Origin: an uncultured Victivallales bacterium
GTDB taxonomy: Bacteria > Verrucomicrobiota > Kiritimatiellia > UBA8416 > CAYRKB01
Length of the DNA: 52,346 bases
Assembly: GCA_964424705.1 (NCBI GenBank)
Contig: CAYRKB010000006.1
Location: 4,554 to 56,899, forward strand
Reading direction: 5' to 3'
Numbering within the stretch: the first letter of the stretch is position 1; every line of letters starts with the position of its first letter. Positions 9,188-18,919 of the stretch are shown one piece after another. The notes under the pieces were generated by a model. It worked only from the letters and a program-made list of their open reading frames with translations. It did no database searches and was not told the origin of the DNA. Position numbers and translations under genes: made by a program.

Positions 9188-10123
9188 ATGAATATGGATA
9201 ACTCTAAAACGCCGCTGATGAAGTGCTCCGAAGCACGGGACTTCCGGAGCCTAACACCAGACTCCAACACGCAGAGCTTGGAACGCCCCGCCGTCCGTGA
9301 AGAGCGAAGCCAGACCTTCGATGCTAGGAGCCCATTTTGTAACAACCCTAAGTCAGCAATGGTGTCTTTGTTGTTCCGTTTGAGGATGTATCGCGTCTTG
9401 CGGGATGTGATTAATCGACGGAAGGATTGCTCTGTCCGTATTTTGTCGGGGCATCGGGTCATTCGCGGGACCGGCGCACTGTCGGCCCGGGACCGGCAGG
9501 ATTTGTCGCGCGGTTGTCTCTCGCTACTGGAGTTTATGGAGCGCGTGCAGCATTTGCGCGAGAACTATGCCATGGCGCGTCTCGAAGACTGCGTGGAGAC
9601 GGTGGGGAAGGGCGCCCGTGTGCCACGGAACAGTGTCGTTCTCACGTTCGACGATGGATTTGTGGATATCTATACAAGCGTCTACCCGGTGGCGCGGGCG
9701 GAAAGCCTGCCCATAACCGTTTTCCTGACGACAGGCTGGATTGGGGGCGCCCCGCACATGCTCGGAGTCGGTGAAGTGCGGGAAATGGCGGCGAATCTGC
9801 GCGGCCTGATCACGTGGGGCGCCCACGGTGTGACGCATCGTCCGCTAACAGATATGCCCCTGGCCGAGGCGGAGCAAGAGATTGTTCGCTCTAAGCTGGA
9901 GGTCGAGGCGCTTGTCGGAAGTCCGGTAACGCTTTTCAGCTATCCTGACGGGAAGTATAACGACGACATTAAGACGCTGCTGACGAAACATGGCTTTGTG
10001 GGGGCCTGCGCGACCGGGCGCGCTTTGAATACACCACCGATAGACCTTCTGGCGCTGAAACGGATTCCGTTCGAAGGCGAACGCCTGGACCGGTTTGCGT
10101 TTCGGATCGCGGGGAAACTGTGA
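9188..10123 (+). CDS. Polysaccharide deacetylase (CE4/NodB, IcaB-like); start uncertain
   Basis: VVLTFDDGF, TVFLTTG, GAHGVTH, FSYPDG. Confidence 0.88.
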   Translation: MNMDNSKTPLMKCSEARDFRSLTPDSNTQSLERPAVREERSQTFDARSPFCNNPKSAMVSLLFRLRMYRVLRDVINRRKDCSVRILSGHRVIRGTGALSARDRQDLSRGCLSLLEFMERVQHLRENYAMARLEDCVETVGKGARVPRNSVVLTFDDGFVDIYTSVYPVARAESLPITVFLTTGWIGGAPHMLGVGEVREMAANLRGLITWGAHGVTHRPLTDMPLAEAEQEIVRSKLEVEALVGSPVTLFSYPDGKYNDDIKTLLTKHGFVGACATGRALNTPPIDLLALKRIPFEGERLDRFAFRIAGKL

Positions 10124-11235
10124 TGACTTCTCCCGTGCATTCTTTTCCCCGTCCCATTCGTGTTCTGCACGTGGCCCAGTCCTTCGACCTGTGCGGGCGA
10201 AGTCGCATGGTTCACGACCTTTGCACTGGGCTGGCCGGTCAGGGGTTTGAGTTCTCGATCGCCGTGCTGGGCGGCGGGGCGCCGGGGCACCTGCAGACCG
10301 ATGTACCATGCGTCATCTTGGGCAGGAGGGAAGGCGCAAGCCCGTGGACAGTTCTGAAGCTGGCGCGGCTGATTCGACAGGGGCGGTTTGATGTGGTTCA
10401 CAGTCATGGCAGGGGTGGCGCAGTGTATGCGGCACTGGCTTGTTGCTTTGCCCCTCGCCGCTGGGTCCATACGGTTCACCGGTCCGATGGCGACAAGATC
10501 TCCGGCCGGCGATGGATCCGGAAGCATGTCGTGCGTAGGATGGACAAGGTGGTGGCGGTTTCCGAGTCTGCGCGCAAGGCCTTTGAAGAGAGTCATGATT
10601 GCCCGAACGGCAGGACCGAAGTGATCTACAACGGCATCCGGCTGGCGCGATTCGAGAAGAGGACAAAGACAGGCGATTCGGGCGACGTGGTCCTGGGCAG
10701 CATCACCAACCTTTCCCGAGATAAGGACTTTGACACGCTGCTGCGGGGCTTCGCAGGAATACTGAGAGTTCTGCCGAACGCACGCCTGGTGATTGTGGGA
10801 GATGGACCCGTTCGCGGTGACGTGGAACAGCTGGCAGCAGAACTGGGGGTGGCGGAGCGGGTTGAACTCACGGGATACCGGTCCGACGTCCCCGAGCTGC
10901 TGCCGACGTTCAACGTGCTGGTGCATTCAACTCACACGGAAGGGCTGGGGCTGGCAATCCTGGAGGCCATGGCGGCCCGCGTTCCGGTGGTCGCCAGCGC
11001 CGTGGGCGGGATTCCCGAGATCGTTCGCGACGGGGTGACGGGGACGCTTTTCCCCGCGGGCGATGTCGAGGGGCTGCGCGATGCCGTGCTTGCCGCGCTG
11101 AACGATCCAATCCGTTCAGCCGCAATGGTGGAGGCCGCGCAGCAGGATGTTCGACGCCGGTTTACCGTGGAACAGATGTGCGAGGAATACCGCCGTCTCT
11201 ATGAGGGTCTATGCGCACGATATTCCGGACGATAA
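10123..11235 (+). CDS. Glycosyltransferase family 4
   Basis: FDVVHSH, VIYNGI, EGLGLAILEAMAARVPVVASAVGGIPE. Confidence 0.92.
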   Translation: MTSPVHSFPRPIRVLHVAQSFDLCGRSRMVHDLCTGLAGQGFEFSIAVLGGGAPGHLQTDVPCVILGRREGASPWTVLKLARLIRQGRFDVVHSHGRGGAVYAALACCFAPRRWVHTVHRSDGDKISGRRWIRKHVVRRMDKVVAVSESARKAFEESHDCPNGRTEVIYNGIRLARFEKRTKTGDSGDVVLGSITNLSRDKDFDTLLRGFAGILRVLPNARLVIVGDGPVRGDVEQLAAELGVAERVELTGYRSDVPELLPTFNVLVHSTHTEGLGLAILEAMAARVPVVASAVGGIPEIVRDGVTGTLFPAGDVEGLRDAVLAALNDPIRSAAMVEAAQQDVRRRFTVEQMCEEYRRLYEGLCARYSGR

Positions 11236-11837
11236 GCAAGGAGCTCTGTGCCCGCCGCCCCCTGCGCCGCATTGTCTGCTGGCACGCTCCGCGCATTGCA
11301 CGCAGCGTGGCTCTCACGTTCGATGACGGGCCGCGGCCGGAGACCACGCCCAAGATTCTCAGTCTGCTGAAACAGGCCGATGTGCGTGCCACGTTCTTCC
11401 TCGAGGGGCGATGGGCCGAACGGGCGCCGGAGTTGGTGCGGCGCATTCAGGACGAGGGCCATGAGATCGGCAACCACGGCTATGAGCATGGAGGAAAGGA
11501 CCTCTGTCAACAGGTGGGCCGCTGCGATCAGATTCTGAGGAACATGGGAGTCATAACCCGCCTGGTGCGTCCGCCGCTTGGGATTTTCCACTGGAGCGAA
11601 TTGATTTGGCTGACGGCGCATGGGTATCGAACCGTGCTCTGGTCCTTCGACGCCCGGGATTCCATGCGGCATGAAGGAAAGTGGGCCGGCCCGCCGCCGG
11701 ACTACGGGCTGGTACAGGCGGGGGACATTATCCTCATGCACGACGACAACCCGATTGGCATTCAGGAACTGCCAGGCCTGATTGCGAACCTGCGCACGAG
11801 GAATTTGCGCCCCGTGACACTGTCGGAATTTGTTTAA
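11211..11837 (+). CDS. Polysaccharide deacetylase (CE4, PgdA-like)
   Basis: VALTFDDGP, ATFF, HEIGNHGYEH, RPPLG, GDIILMHD. Confidence 0.92.
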   Translation: MRTIFRTISKELCARRPLRRIVCWHAPRIARSVALTFDDGPRPETTPKILSLLKQADVRATFFLEGRWAERAPELVRRIQDEGHEIGNHGYEHGGKDLCQQVGRCDQILRNMGVITRLVRPPLGIFHWSELIWLTAHGYRTVLWSFDARDSMRHEGKWAGPPPDYGLVQAGDIILMHDDNPIGIQELPGLIANLRTRNLRPVTLSEFV

Positions 11838-11838
11838 C

Positions 11839-13179
11839 ATGCGCTTGCTGACCATCTCCAACCTCTATCCCCGCCCCGATCAGCCGCAAAGGGGTCTCTT
11901 CAACGCGCAGCAGTTTCGGGCCATGGCGGAAGCGCTCGGAGGCCGGAGGCCGGAGTCCGGGAACCGGCGTCAGGAGAAAGGTAGTCAGCCTCCGGCATCC
12001 AGTGATCGGCCGCTTTCGCCGGGCGGAGCACGCCCAATCGTCGACCGCCAACCGTCAGTCATCAATCTCTGTCTCGTCCCTGAGTGGCGCGTGTGGCGTT
12101 GGGGTGCTATAAGGCAATGGCAGGATCCCTATGAGACGCGGCTGGGAACGCGGTATCTGCCTGTCTTCTATGTGCCGTTGATCGGCCGGAGCCTCAGCTG
12201 GAGCACCTACCGATTTTCCCTTGAAGGCTTGCGTGCCGAGTTTGACAGCGCCGACGTTGTGCTGGCGACGTGGCTGTATCCCGATGCCGTGGCGGCTGCG
12301 CAGGTGGCTAGCGCGGCTAGAAAGCCGATCTGGATCAAGGTGCACGGCACCGACCGCCTTCATTTGCGATCGCCGTCTCGTCGTCGTCGGATCCTTGCAG
12401 CCTGCCGAGTGGCGCAGGGGGTGATCAGCAACTGCAGGTTCATTGCCGACTGGCTGGCGGATGCGGGCGTCGACAGGTCGAAACTTCACATTGTGCCCAA
12501 TGGCGTGGACGCAGAACGATTCTTGTTCCGACCGCGGGACATGGCCTTGGAATCGTTGCGAGCGCGATGTCCCGCGGCCGCGAGCATGCTGGCGGCGGAG
12601 TCTCAAATTGTCCTTTACGTGGCCAACCTGTCGCCCATCAAAGGGCCGGATATCATGCTGGAAACGTGGCGAAGATTCAGAGAGCAGCGGCCGGAGGCCG
12701 GTGGCCAGAGCGAAGCGTCGGCATGTTTGGTGATGATTGGAGACGGGCTTCTGAGGGGGCGGATGCAGGCCCTGGCCAGGCATCTAGGCGTAGCGAACTC
12801 GGTTGTGTTTCTGGGGCGGCGGCCACATGATGAGATTGCGCTCTGGATGAACTCGGCCGACTGTCTCTGTTTGACAAGTCGGTCTGAGGGGATGCCGAAC
12901 GTGGTGCTCGAGGCTCTTTCGTCGGGGCTTCCCGTGGTGGCGACGGACGTCGGAGCATGTGGCGAATTGCTGGCGGATGAGTTTGCGGCACGGGTCGTGA
13001 GGATTGAGGAGAACCTGCCCGCTCGCATCGCTGGGGCGCTGGAAGAGGTCCTGGATCTCTCCGTTGACCGGCGACTAATGGCACAACGACACGCGGGCCG
13101 CTTCGCGTGGCCGCGTAGCGCGGGTCAGATACTGGAGTTAATGGGCGGGCAAGAGCAGGAGGGGTCATATGGCGTCTGA
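11839..13179 (+). CDS. Glycosyltransferase family 4 with in-frame repeat-derived inserts
   Basis: MRLLTISNLYP, VHGTD, EGMPNVVLEALSSGLPVVATDVG; low-complexity insert at about 11937-12066. Confidence 0.9.
   Translation: MRLLTISNLYPRPDQPQRGLFNAQQFRAMAEALGGRRPESGNRRQEKGSQPPASSDRPLSPGGARPIVDRQPSVINLCLVPEWRVWRWGAIRQWQDPYETRLGTRYLPVFYVPLIGRSLSWSTYRFSLEGLRAEFDSADVVLATWLYPDAVAAAQVASAARKPIWIKVHGTDRLHLRSPSRRRRILAACRVAQGVISNCRFIADWLADAGVDRSKLHIVPNGVDAERFLFRPRDMALESLRARCPAAASMLAAESQIVLYVANLSPIKGPDIMLETWRRFREQRPEAGGQSEASACLVMIGDGLLRGRMQALARHLGVANSVVFLGRRPHDEIALWMNSADCLCLTSRSEGMPNVVLEALSSGLPVVATDVGACGELLADEFAARVVRIEENLPARIAGALEEVLDLSVDRRLMAQRHAGRFAWPRSAGQILELMGGQEQEGSYGV
11937..12066 (+). repeat. Composite heptamer insert: CGGAGGC-type x5, short inverted arm, then CGTCAAT-like x5
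   Basis: CGGAGGC CGGAGGC CGGAGTC CGGGAAC CGGCGTC (11937-11971); CAGCCTC CGGCATC (11986-11999); GCCCAAT CGTCGAC CGCCAAC CGTCAGT CATCAAT (12032-12066). Confidence 0.75.
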
Positions 13180-14356
13180 GCGGGATCGGAAGAAGCAGCG
13201 TAAGTGGCGGCTGGCCGGATTCAGTTTAGCCCTGAGCGCCATTGCAGTCTTTGGTCTTGGCGAAGTTATAGTCAGGTTGTTCAGCGTTGGCGGCTATGCC
13301 ACACCTGACACACTGCGCCGCGCCACGCTGCAGTACGGGGCGGTGGTCTACGCCCGGCATGCACTCCCCCAGATGGAACAGCAGTCGGCCAATAGAATCC
13401 CCTTCCGTGTGAACCGTCGTGGATATCGAGGGCCAGACTTCGTGGTGCCAAAGCCAGCGGGTACCATCCGGATTGTCATCCTGGGGGGATCGCAGGTCTT
13501 TGACATTCTTGCGCCGGAGGGGGCGGACTGGCCACGGTTGGTGGAGCAGAGGCTGCGGACCCGAGGATTCCCAGCCGCCGAGGTGATCAACGCCGGAGTG
13601 CCGGGGCATGCTAGCTCGGACAGTTTAGGACGGCTGTTTACGGAGGTGTGGATGTTCGAGCCGGACTTCATCCTCCTTTGCAACGCATGGAACGATATCA
13701 AGTACTTCGCAAACCTGTCCCCCGACCGGAGTCTCCTACGCACCGTGGAGCCGTCGCCGTTCACTGTCTGGGAGGGGCGGAAGTTGATATCCAATCCCTA
13801 CAGTTATCACAGTGGCCCCATCGATCGTCTCTTATGCCATTCCCAGTTGTACGTGCGGCTGCGTAACCGCATCTGGTCCCTGCGGCTTGGGCGAATCGGC
13901 CTGGAAGGGCTGGTGACTGGGAAAACGGATCCGACGACAACTCCAATAGGTTCCGCTTCTGCCGCCGCTTGTAGCGACTGGGGGCTTCGGCAGTACGCGA
14001 TGAATCTGCGTCTCTTCGTGAAGGCGTCCCGCGTGTGCGGTGCCACGCCTGTTCTGGTCACTCAGCCGCGACTCGCAGCCGCCGAGAATGGCGCCTTGGA
14101 GAAGTCGCGGATTCGCCTCGAGTACACGGGTCTATCTCACGAGGCTCTGGTGCGCGCCTTCGACGACTGCGAACGGACGGTCAAGGAGGTCGGCGTCGCT
14201 GAAGGGGCCGATGTGCTGGACTTGTCAGCGGAGCTTGCAGCCTTCCGTGATCTGGAGCACTTTCACGATCACGTGCACACCGAACCTGCGGGCGACCTGT
14301 TGATTGCCGAGAAGACCGCTGACTTCTTGGCTTCCCTGATTGGCGCGCAAGATTGA
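13169..14356 (+). CDS. Membrane-anchored SGNH/GDSL-family protein
   Basis: N-terminal TM segment, NRRGYRG, RIVILGGSQVF, VINAGVPG, WND, DHVH. Confidence 0.82.
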   Translation: MASERDRKKQRKWRLAGFSLALSAIAVFGLGEVIVRLFSVGGYATPDTLRRATLQYGAVVYARHALPQMEQQSANRIPFRVNRRGYRGPDFVVPKPAGTIRIVILGGSQVFDILAPEGADWPRLVEQRLRTRGFPAAEVINAGVPGHASSDSLGRLFTEVWMFEPDFILLCNAWNDIKYFANLSPDRSLLRTVEPSPFTVWEGRKLISNPYSYHSGPIDRLLCHSQLYVRLRNRIWSLRLGRIGLEGLVTGKTDPTTTPIGSASAAACSDWGLRQYAMNLRLFVKASRVCGATPVLVTQPRLAAAENGALEKSRIRLEYTGLSHEALVRAFDDCERTVKEVGVAEGADVLDLSAELAAFRDLEHFHDHVHTEPAGDLLIAEKTADFLASLIGAQD

Positions 14357-14495
14357 GGACTGGCCGTCCCTATCCGGCGTTGCGGAGAGAAGAGATGCTG
14401 CGGGAGTTACCTTGCCGAAAGTCGCCGGCGTACCTGGTTCCGTCGCTCGGACGCGACTCTACCTCTTTGCGTGTAGAGACATGTCCGCTTCCTGA

Positions 14496-15524
14496 GTGCG
14501 CGGTCTGTACCATATGAGGGAGAAACTGCTCTATCCGCGCAGCACTATCAGGCGAGTGCCACCCCTGAACTGTGCCAATCCCGACGAAGCTCCGTCTTTT
14601 CTGCGCTCCGAAGAGACGTGTCCCGCCTGCTACCTGCGCGCACTTCGTCGGGTGTATGTATCTCCGGCGGGCGTCGTGTTCAAGTGGGGGCGTGTGGTGC
14701 CAGAGTCCGTCTACTCGCTGTCTGCATCACGTGTCAATGCGCGAACCTTCTACAAGAAAGCGCTTCTTGGAAAGGTCCGGCATGTTCGTGGACGTTGCGC
14801 TGTGGTTCATAACCCTTACTACGGCAGTTACTACCACTGGCTGCTCGAAGCCCTGCCGCGGGCGTTCTGCATTCGCGAGCAAGCGCACGACCTGACGCTG
14901 CTCCTTGGGAACGAAGAGCGTTCATTCCATCTTCCGACTCTGCAGTTCTTCGGGTTCAAGGATATTGTGCGCATCCCGCGTGACGAATTGGCGAGAACCG
15001 ACGAACTGTTGCTGCCGGGGCAAATCGGTCCGTACGCCGTTCACAACCACGAGGCGATTGCCGCGATGGCGCCATGGATGGTCGAGCGAACCACGTGGGA
15101 CGGAAAAGAGTTCGCGGGATATGAGCGGGTCTACATCAGGCGTGGGGCCGACAAGGTTCGACGGGTGGTGAACGAGGACGACGTGATCGCAGAGCTCGAG
15201 CACTACGGATTCCGGACTGTGATACTGGAAGACCTCACGATTCCGCAACAAATCAACCTGTTCCGCAACGTGCGCAGCCTTGTGGCTCTGCACGGAGCCG
15301 GCGTCTCGAACATGATCTTTATGCGCCCAGGCGGTTTGATCGTGACGTTCATTAACGAGTGGCACCGCGATGCGGTGTACTACAATCTCGCTGCTCCTTT
15401 TGGCCACCGTCTGGCGATCATGCAATGCCGGACGCACGGTGCTATGGACCGGGACGTGAAGAAGTACGACATGATCGTGAATGTGGCCAACTTGCGCCAC
15501 TGTCTTGGGGCTAATCTGTGTTAG
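14496..15524 (+). CDS. Glycosyltransferase family 61 (DUF563-like)
   Basis: YYHWLLEALPR, RVYIRR..RRVVNE, QINLF..LVALHGAGVSNMIF. Confidence 0.88.
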   Translation: MRGLYHMREKLLYPRSTIRRVPPLNCANPDEAPSFLRSEETCPACYLRALRRVYVSPAGVVFKWGRVVPESVYSLSASRVNARTFYKKALLGKVRHVRGRCAVVHNPYYGSYYHWLLEALPRAFCIREQAHDLTLLLGNEERSFHLPTLQFFGFKDIVRIPRDELARTDELLLPGQIGPYAVHNHEAIAAMAPWMVERTTWDGKEFAGYERVYIRRGADKVRRVVNEDDVIAELEHYGFRTVILEDLTIPQQINLFRNVRSLVALHGAGVSNMIFMRPGGLIVTFINEWHRDAVYYNLAAPFGHRLAIMQCRTHGAMDRDVKKYDMIVNVANLRHCLGANLC

Positions 15525-15544
15525 AGGTCCAGCAGAGAGCAGCC

Positions 15545-15768
15545 ATGATTATCTCCAAGGGGGAAGACTTCTGTCGAGTGTCCCGAATCGTAGCTTTCAC
15601 AAAGGACTGGTCCGACGTGCCGACCTGTACGACCCACGTCCTGCGGGAGATGGCAAAGGCTCTTCCCGTGCTCTGGATTGAATCGATCGGGACACGCAAG
15701 CCGAGCCTGGCGGCGGGAAAAGACGTGAGGAGAATCGGTCGCCGTCTAAAGGGAGCCCTGGCCGGCGC
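15545..15768 (+). pseudogene. Truncated duplicate of the 5' end of the glycosyltransferase at 17585
   Basis: 15584-15768 matches 17591-17775 at 173 of 185 positions (counted by hand), then diverges. Confidence 0.88.
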
Positions 15769-15896
15769 GATTGTCGAGGTCCTATCCCTGAGACTCGACA
15801 GAAACGCGATCGCCCAAGCGTCCTGCGCCAGCTTGACGTGGTCCGCCAGCGCGGAGCGCGCTCTTGGAATCATGGCAGGTGGGGGCGCAGCAAGTC

Positions 15897-17588
15897 ATGA
15901 ATGAACGCCCCCGACAGGACTTGATCCGTCACGCCGGCTGGGTGCTGATTACAGCCGGTCTGTTCTGGAACGAATGGATCGTTGGTCTTTTCTTCAGCGA
16001 AGATCATGCCATTCAATACGGAGCCTGGCTCGTCCTGATTCGCGCATGGAACCTTGGGGCTGTGGGCGCAGGCCTTGTTGCCGTGACGTGTGCATGCCGT
16101 GTGGCACAGTGGGTGGGCGAGCACCGGCTTCGGACGATTGCGGCAATCGCATGGTGTTTTGCGCTGACTTGCACGTTGCTCTTTCTGGGGGCCGCTCTTG
16201 TCGGACGATTCGCTGAACCGGTGGATTCTGCCGTGAACGCCAACTTTAGCGTCGCCCTGACGGGCGGCATGGTTCTTCTGGCGTCTGGAACATACCTTCT
16301 TCGGCGCGAAGCGAAGTCCTGGGCATTTCTGACTCTCGCCTGTCTCCTGATTCTTCTGGCGGCCTCGGGCGTCGGGGAACTGGTTGCGCGACGCTTCGCC
16401 CCTTCATGGCCAGCCTCCGGGCTGCATGGAGTCGCCGGGGAGAAGCTGGCGCAGGCGTGGAGCCAGACTGCCGCACAGCACGGTGGCGTCGGCCTGAACT
16501 CCTGGGGACAGCGCGATCAGGAGCGGGCCCTGGAGCCCAAGCCCGGAGTCTGTCGCGTTGCCTTTATAGGCGATTCATTTCTCGAGGAATCTGAATCGGT
16601 TCCCGTTTCTGTCGCCGTTCAGACCGCCCTGGGAAGCTCCGACGTGGAGGTCCTCAATCTTGGGGTCTCCGCAACCGGTCCCGCAGAGTATTACTACCGG
16701 GCAAAGAATATCGGTGGTCGGCTGCGCATGAATCACTGCTGCATCTTCTTCTATGCGGGAAACGATTTTGCCGCTCTCTCGAAACCATGGTCGCTTTCCG
16801 ATGTGGTGGCAGTGTATCCGCGTGAGTCCCTGTTCAGTTGTGCAGGGATGCCGGCGATGAATCACTATCTGACAAATTCAAGGCGTGCGTTCACGCAGAC
16901 GTGGGGGGCTGCGGGAAGATTGGGTGAAGGGGAGCGGCACGCCTGGGAGAAGATCAGGCAGGCAAGTCGGGAAGACATCGTGGCCGTCTTGACGTCCGTC
17001 TATTCGCTTCGCAAGCCACAGGCGGATCATCTGTCGGCCTGTCTCTCGCAAGCGGGCGGGGATGCCTTTGTGAGCATGTTGCGTAATCCAGACTGCGGTC
17101 GCTTTCGTTCGTACCTGCTCCAGGCTGCAATGGGGAGTGTCACCCAACCGGCGGGATCTTCCGCCGCAGTGCCCGTCGATCCGGCGTACGAGTGGGTTTC
17201 GAGAACGTTCGTCTTTTGCCGCGAGCGCGGCATTGGCTTCACCCTGGTGATCGTTCCGGAGGCATTCCAGGTGGATGACCGCATGCGGGATCAATGGATG
17301 CCGCTGACCGACATGCGGAAGTTGACCATGCCCATGGCGCGTGCGGCAGCGGCACTCGCCGCACGGGCGCGGGCAGACGGCATGGATGTCTTGGATTTAA
17401 GCAAGGCCCTTGCCGGCCAGAACGGTACGTATCTGAATCTTGACGGGCACTGGTCGGAAAAGGGCGTGTCGATTGTCACGCCTGTCGTGACCGAGCATTT
17501 GCGTGGCATCCTGCAAGCGACCGGGCAAGGTGCAGGTTCTTTGAGTGAGTCGGAAGCAAGGCCGACATTGGCGGAGCGACAGCCATGA
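15897..17588 (+). CDS. Multi-TM membrane protein with C-terminal SGNH-like domain
   Basis: Several hydrophobic segments, then NSWGQRD, RVAFIGDSF, VLNLGVSATGP, FYAGNDF, DGHWS. Confidence 0.78.
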   Translation: MNERPRQDLIRHAGWVLITAGLFWNEWIVGLFFSEDHAIQYGAWLVLIRAWNLGAVGAGLVAVTCACRVAQWVGEHRLRTIAAIAWCFALTCTLLFLGAALVGRFAEPVDSAVNANFSVALTGGMVLLASGTYLLRREAKSWAFLTLACLLILLAASGVGELVARRFAPSWPASGLHGVAGEKLAQAWSQTAAQHGGVGLNSWGQRDQERALEPKPGVCRVAFIGDSFLEESESVPVSVAVQTALGSSDVEVLNLGVSATGPAEYYYRAKNIGGRLRMNHCCIFFYAGNDFAALSKPWSLSDVVAVYPRESLFSCAGMPAMNHYLTNSRRAFTQTWGAAGRLGEGERHAWEKIRQASREDIVAVLTSVYSLRKPQADHLSACLSQAGGDAFVSMLRNPDCGRFRSYLLQAAMGSVTQPAGSSAAVPVDPAYEWVSRTFVFCRERGIGFTLVIVPEAFQVDDRMRDQWMPLTDMRKLTMPMARAAAALAARARADGMDVLDLSKALAGQNGTYLNLDGHWSEKGVSIVTPVVTEHLRGILQATGQGAGSLSESEARPTLAERQP

Positions 17589-18919
17589 AGCGAATCGTAG
17601 CTTTTACAAAGGACTGGTCCGATGTGCCGACCTGTACGACCCACGTCCTGCGGGAGATGGCAAAGGCCCTTCCCGTGCTCTGGATTGAATCGATTGGAAC
17701 GCGCAAGCCGAGTCTGGCGGCAGGAAAAGACTTGAGGAGGATCGGCCGCCGTCTAAAAGGAGCCCTGGCCGGCGCTGTATCCAAGGAGAACGGGCTGCGC
17801 GTGCTGTCGCCCTTCTTGATACCGAAGACCGAATCGGCGTGGGGCCGGTGGCTAAACCGGCGGCTCGTTGGATGGCAGATTCGGCGGGGGCTGCGGCGGA
17901 TGCCCACCCCTTCGGCCGGGCTCAGGGCGGGCGGCCCGGTGGAGTACTGGGGCTGTGTCCCCAACGCGGTGGATCTCTTGCCCACGGAGAGGGAGGTGGG
18001 CGGTGGTAGGTGGGAGGGGGGAGGCGAGAACGTCGAACATCGAACATCCAACATCGAACGCCGAACGAACGACGGGCTCCGGGCTCCGGGCCCCGGACTC
18101 CGGACTCCGGATTCCGGACTCCGGCTACGCACCTCTTCCCGTCCAATCATCATCTATTATTGCGTGGACGACTGGAGCCAGTTTCACAACCTGGACGGGG
18201 AGTGGCTGGCCAAGAAGGAGGAGCAGATGCTGCGTCGTGCCGATGTGGTATTCACGCCGGCGCGTTACCTGGAAGCGAGGTGTCGCCGGATTGCCGGCGA
18301 CCGGGTGCACCACGTGCCCCACGGGGTGGATTTCGCCATGTTCGCCCGTGCGCTCGACCCGTCCACGACCATCCCCGCTGATATCGCACCTATCCCAAAG
18401 CCAGTCGTTGGATTCTACGGGAACCTGCATTCCTGGGTGGATTTCGGGCTGATCGGACGCCTCGCCCGGCTTCGCCCCCACTGGTCATTTGTCCTGATCG
18501 GGGAGATCTTTTGCGACGTCTCCCTGCTAAGAGCCCTGTCGAACATCCATTTCCTCGGCAGGCGTGAGCACGCAACGCTGCCTGCATACTGCAGGGCATT
18601 CAACGCGGCGATCATTCCTTACGATATGAAGCAGGCGCGGATGGAGAGCGTGAACCCCGTGAAGACGAAAGAACTGTTGGCCGCCGGGGTGCCCGTTGTG
18701 GCTGCGGATGTTCCGGAATTGCGGGGATACGGGGATGATGTCATGATCTGCCGCACGGACGAGGAGTGGGTCGCGGCTCTGGAGAAGCAACTGGCCAGAA
18801 CAGACCGGCGGGAGATCTCCGCCCGAGTGTCCGGGGAGGACTGGAGCAGCAAAGTGTCAGAGCTGCGCGCAGTGATACGCAAGAAGGCGGAGTGTCACGC
18901 AGAGGCGCAGAGCACGTAG
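17585..18919 (+). CDS. GT-B glycosyltransferase (TuaH-like) with in-frame repeat insert
   Basis: IIYYCVDDW, PHGVDF, PVVGFYG, NPVKTKELLAAGVPVV; insert at about 17991-18121. Confidence 0.88.
   Translation: MKRIVAFTKDWSDVPTCTTHVLREMAKALPVLWIESIGTRKPSLAAGKDLRRIGRRLKGALAGAVSKENGLRVLSPFLIPKTESAWGRWLNRRLVGWQIRRGLRRMPTPSAGLRAGGPVEYWGCVPNAVDLLPTEREVGGGRWEGGGENVEHRTSNIERRTNDGLRAPGPGLRTPDSGLRLRTSSRPIIIYYCVDDWSQFHNLDGEWLAKKEEQMLRRADVVFTPARYLEARCRRIAGDRVHHVPHGVDFAMFARALDPSTTIPADIAPIPKPVVGFYGNLHSWVDFGLIGRLARLRPHWSFVLIGEIFCDVSLLRALSNIHFLGRREHATLPAYCRAFNAAIIPYDMKQARMESVNPVKTKELLAAGVPVVAADVPELRGYGDDVMICRTDEEWVAALEKQLARTDRREISARVSGEDWSSKVSELRAVIRKKAECHAEAQST
17991..18121 (+). repeat. Three concatenated heptamer arrays: GGGAGGT x5, GAACATC x5, CGGACTC x7
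   Basis: Degenerate units at 17991-18025, 18028-18062 and 18073-18121, read directly. Confidence 0.93.

Noticed and set aside
14481-14498. ATG TCC GCT TCC TGA GTG in frame with the GT61 gene, as possible readthrough or selenocysteine
   Set aside because: It would add only five codons, usable starts follow at 14496 and 14514, and I saw no SECIS-like support.
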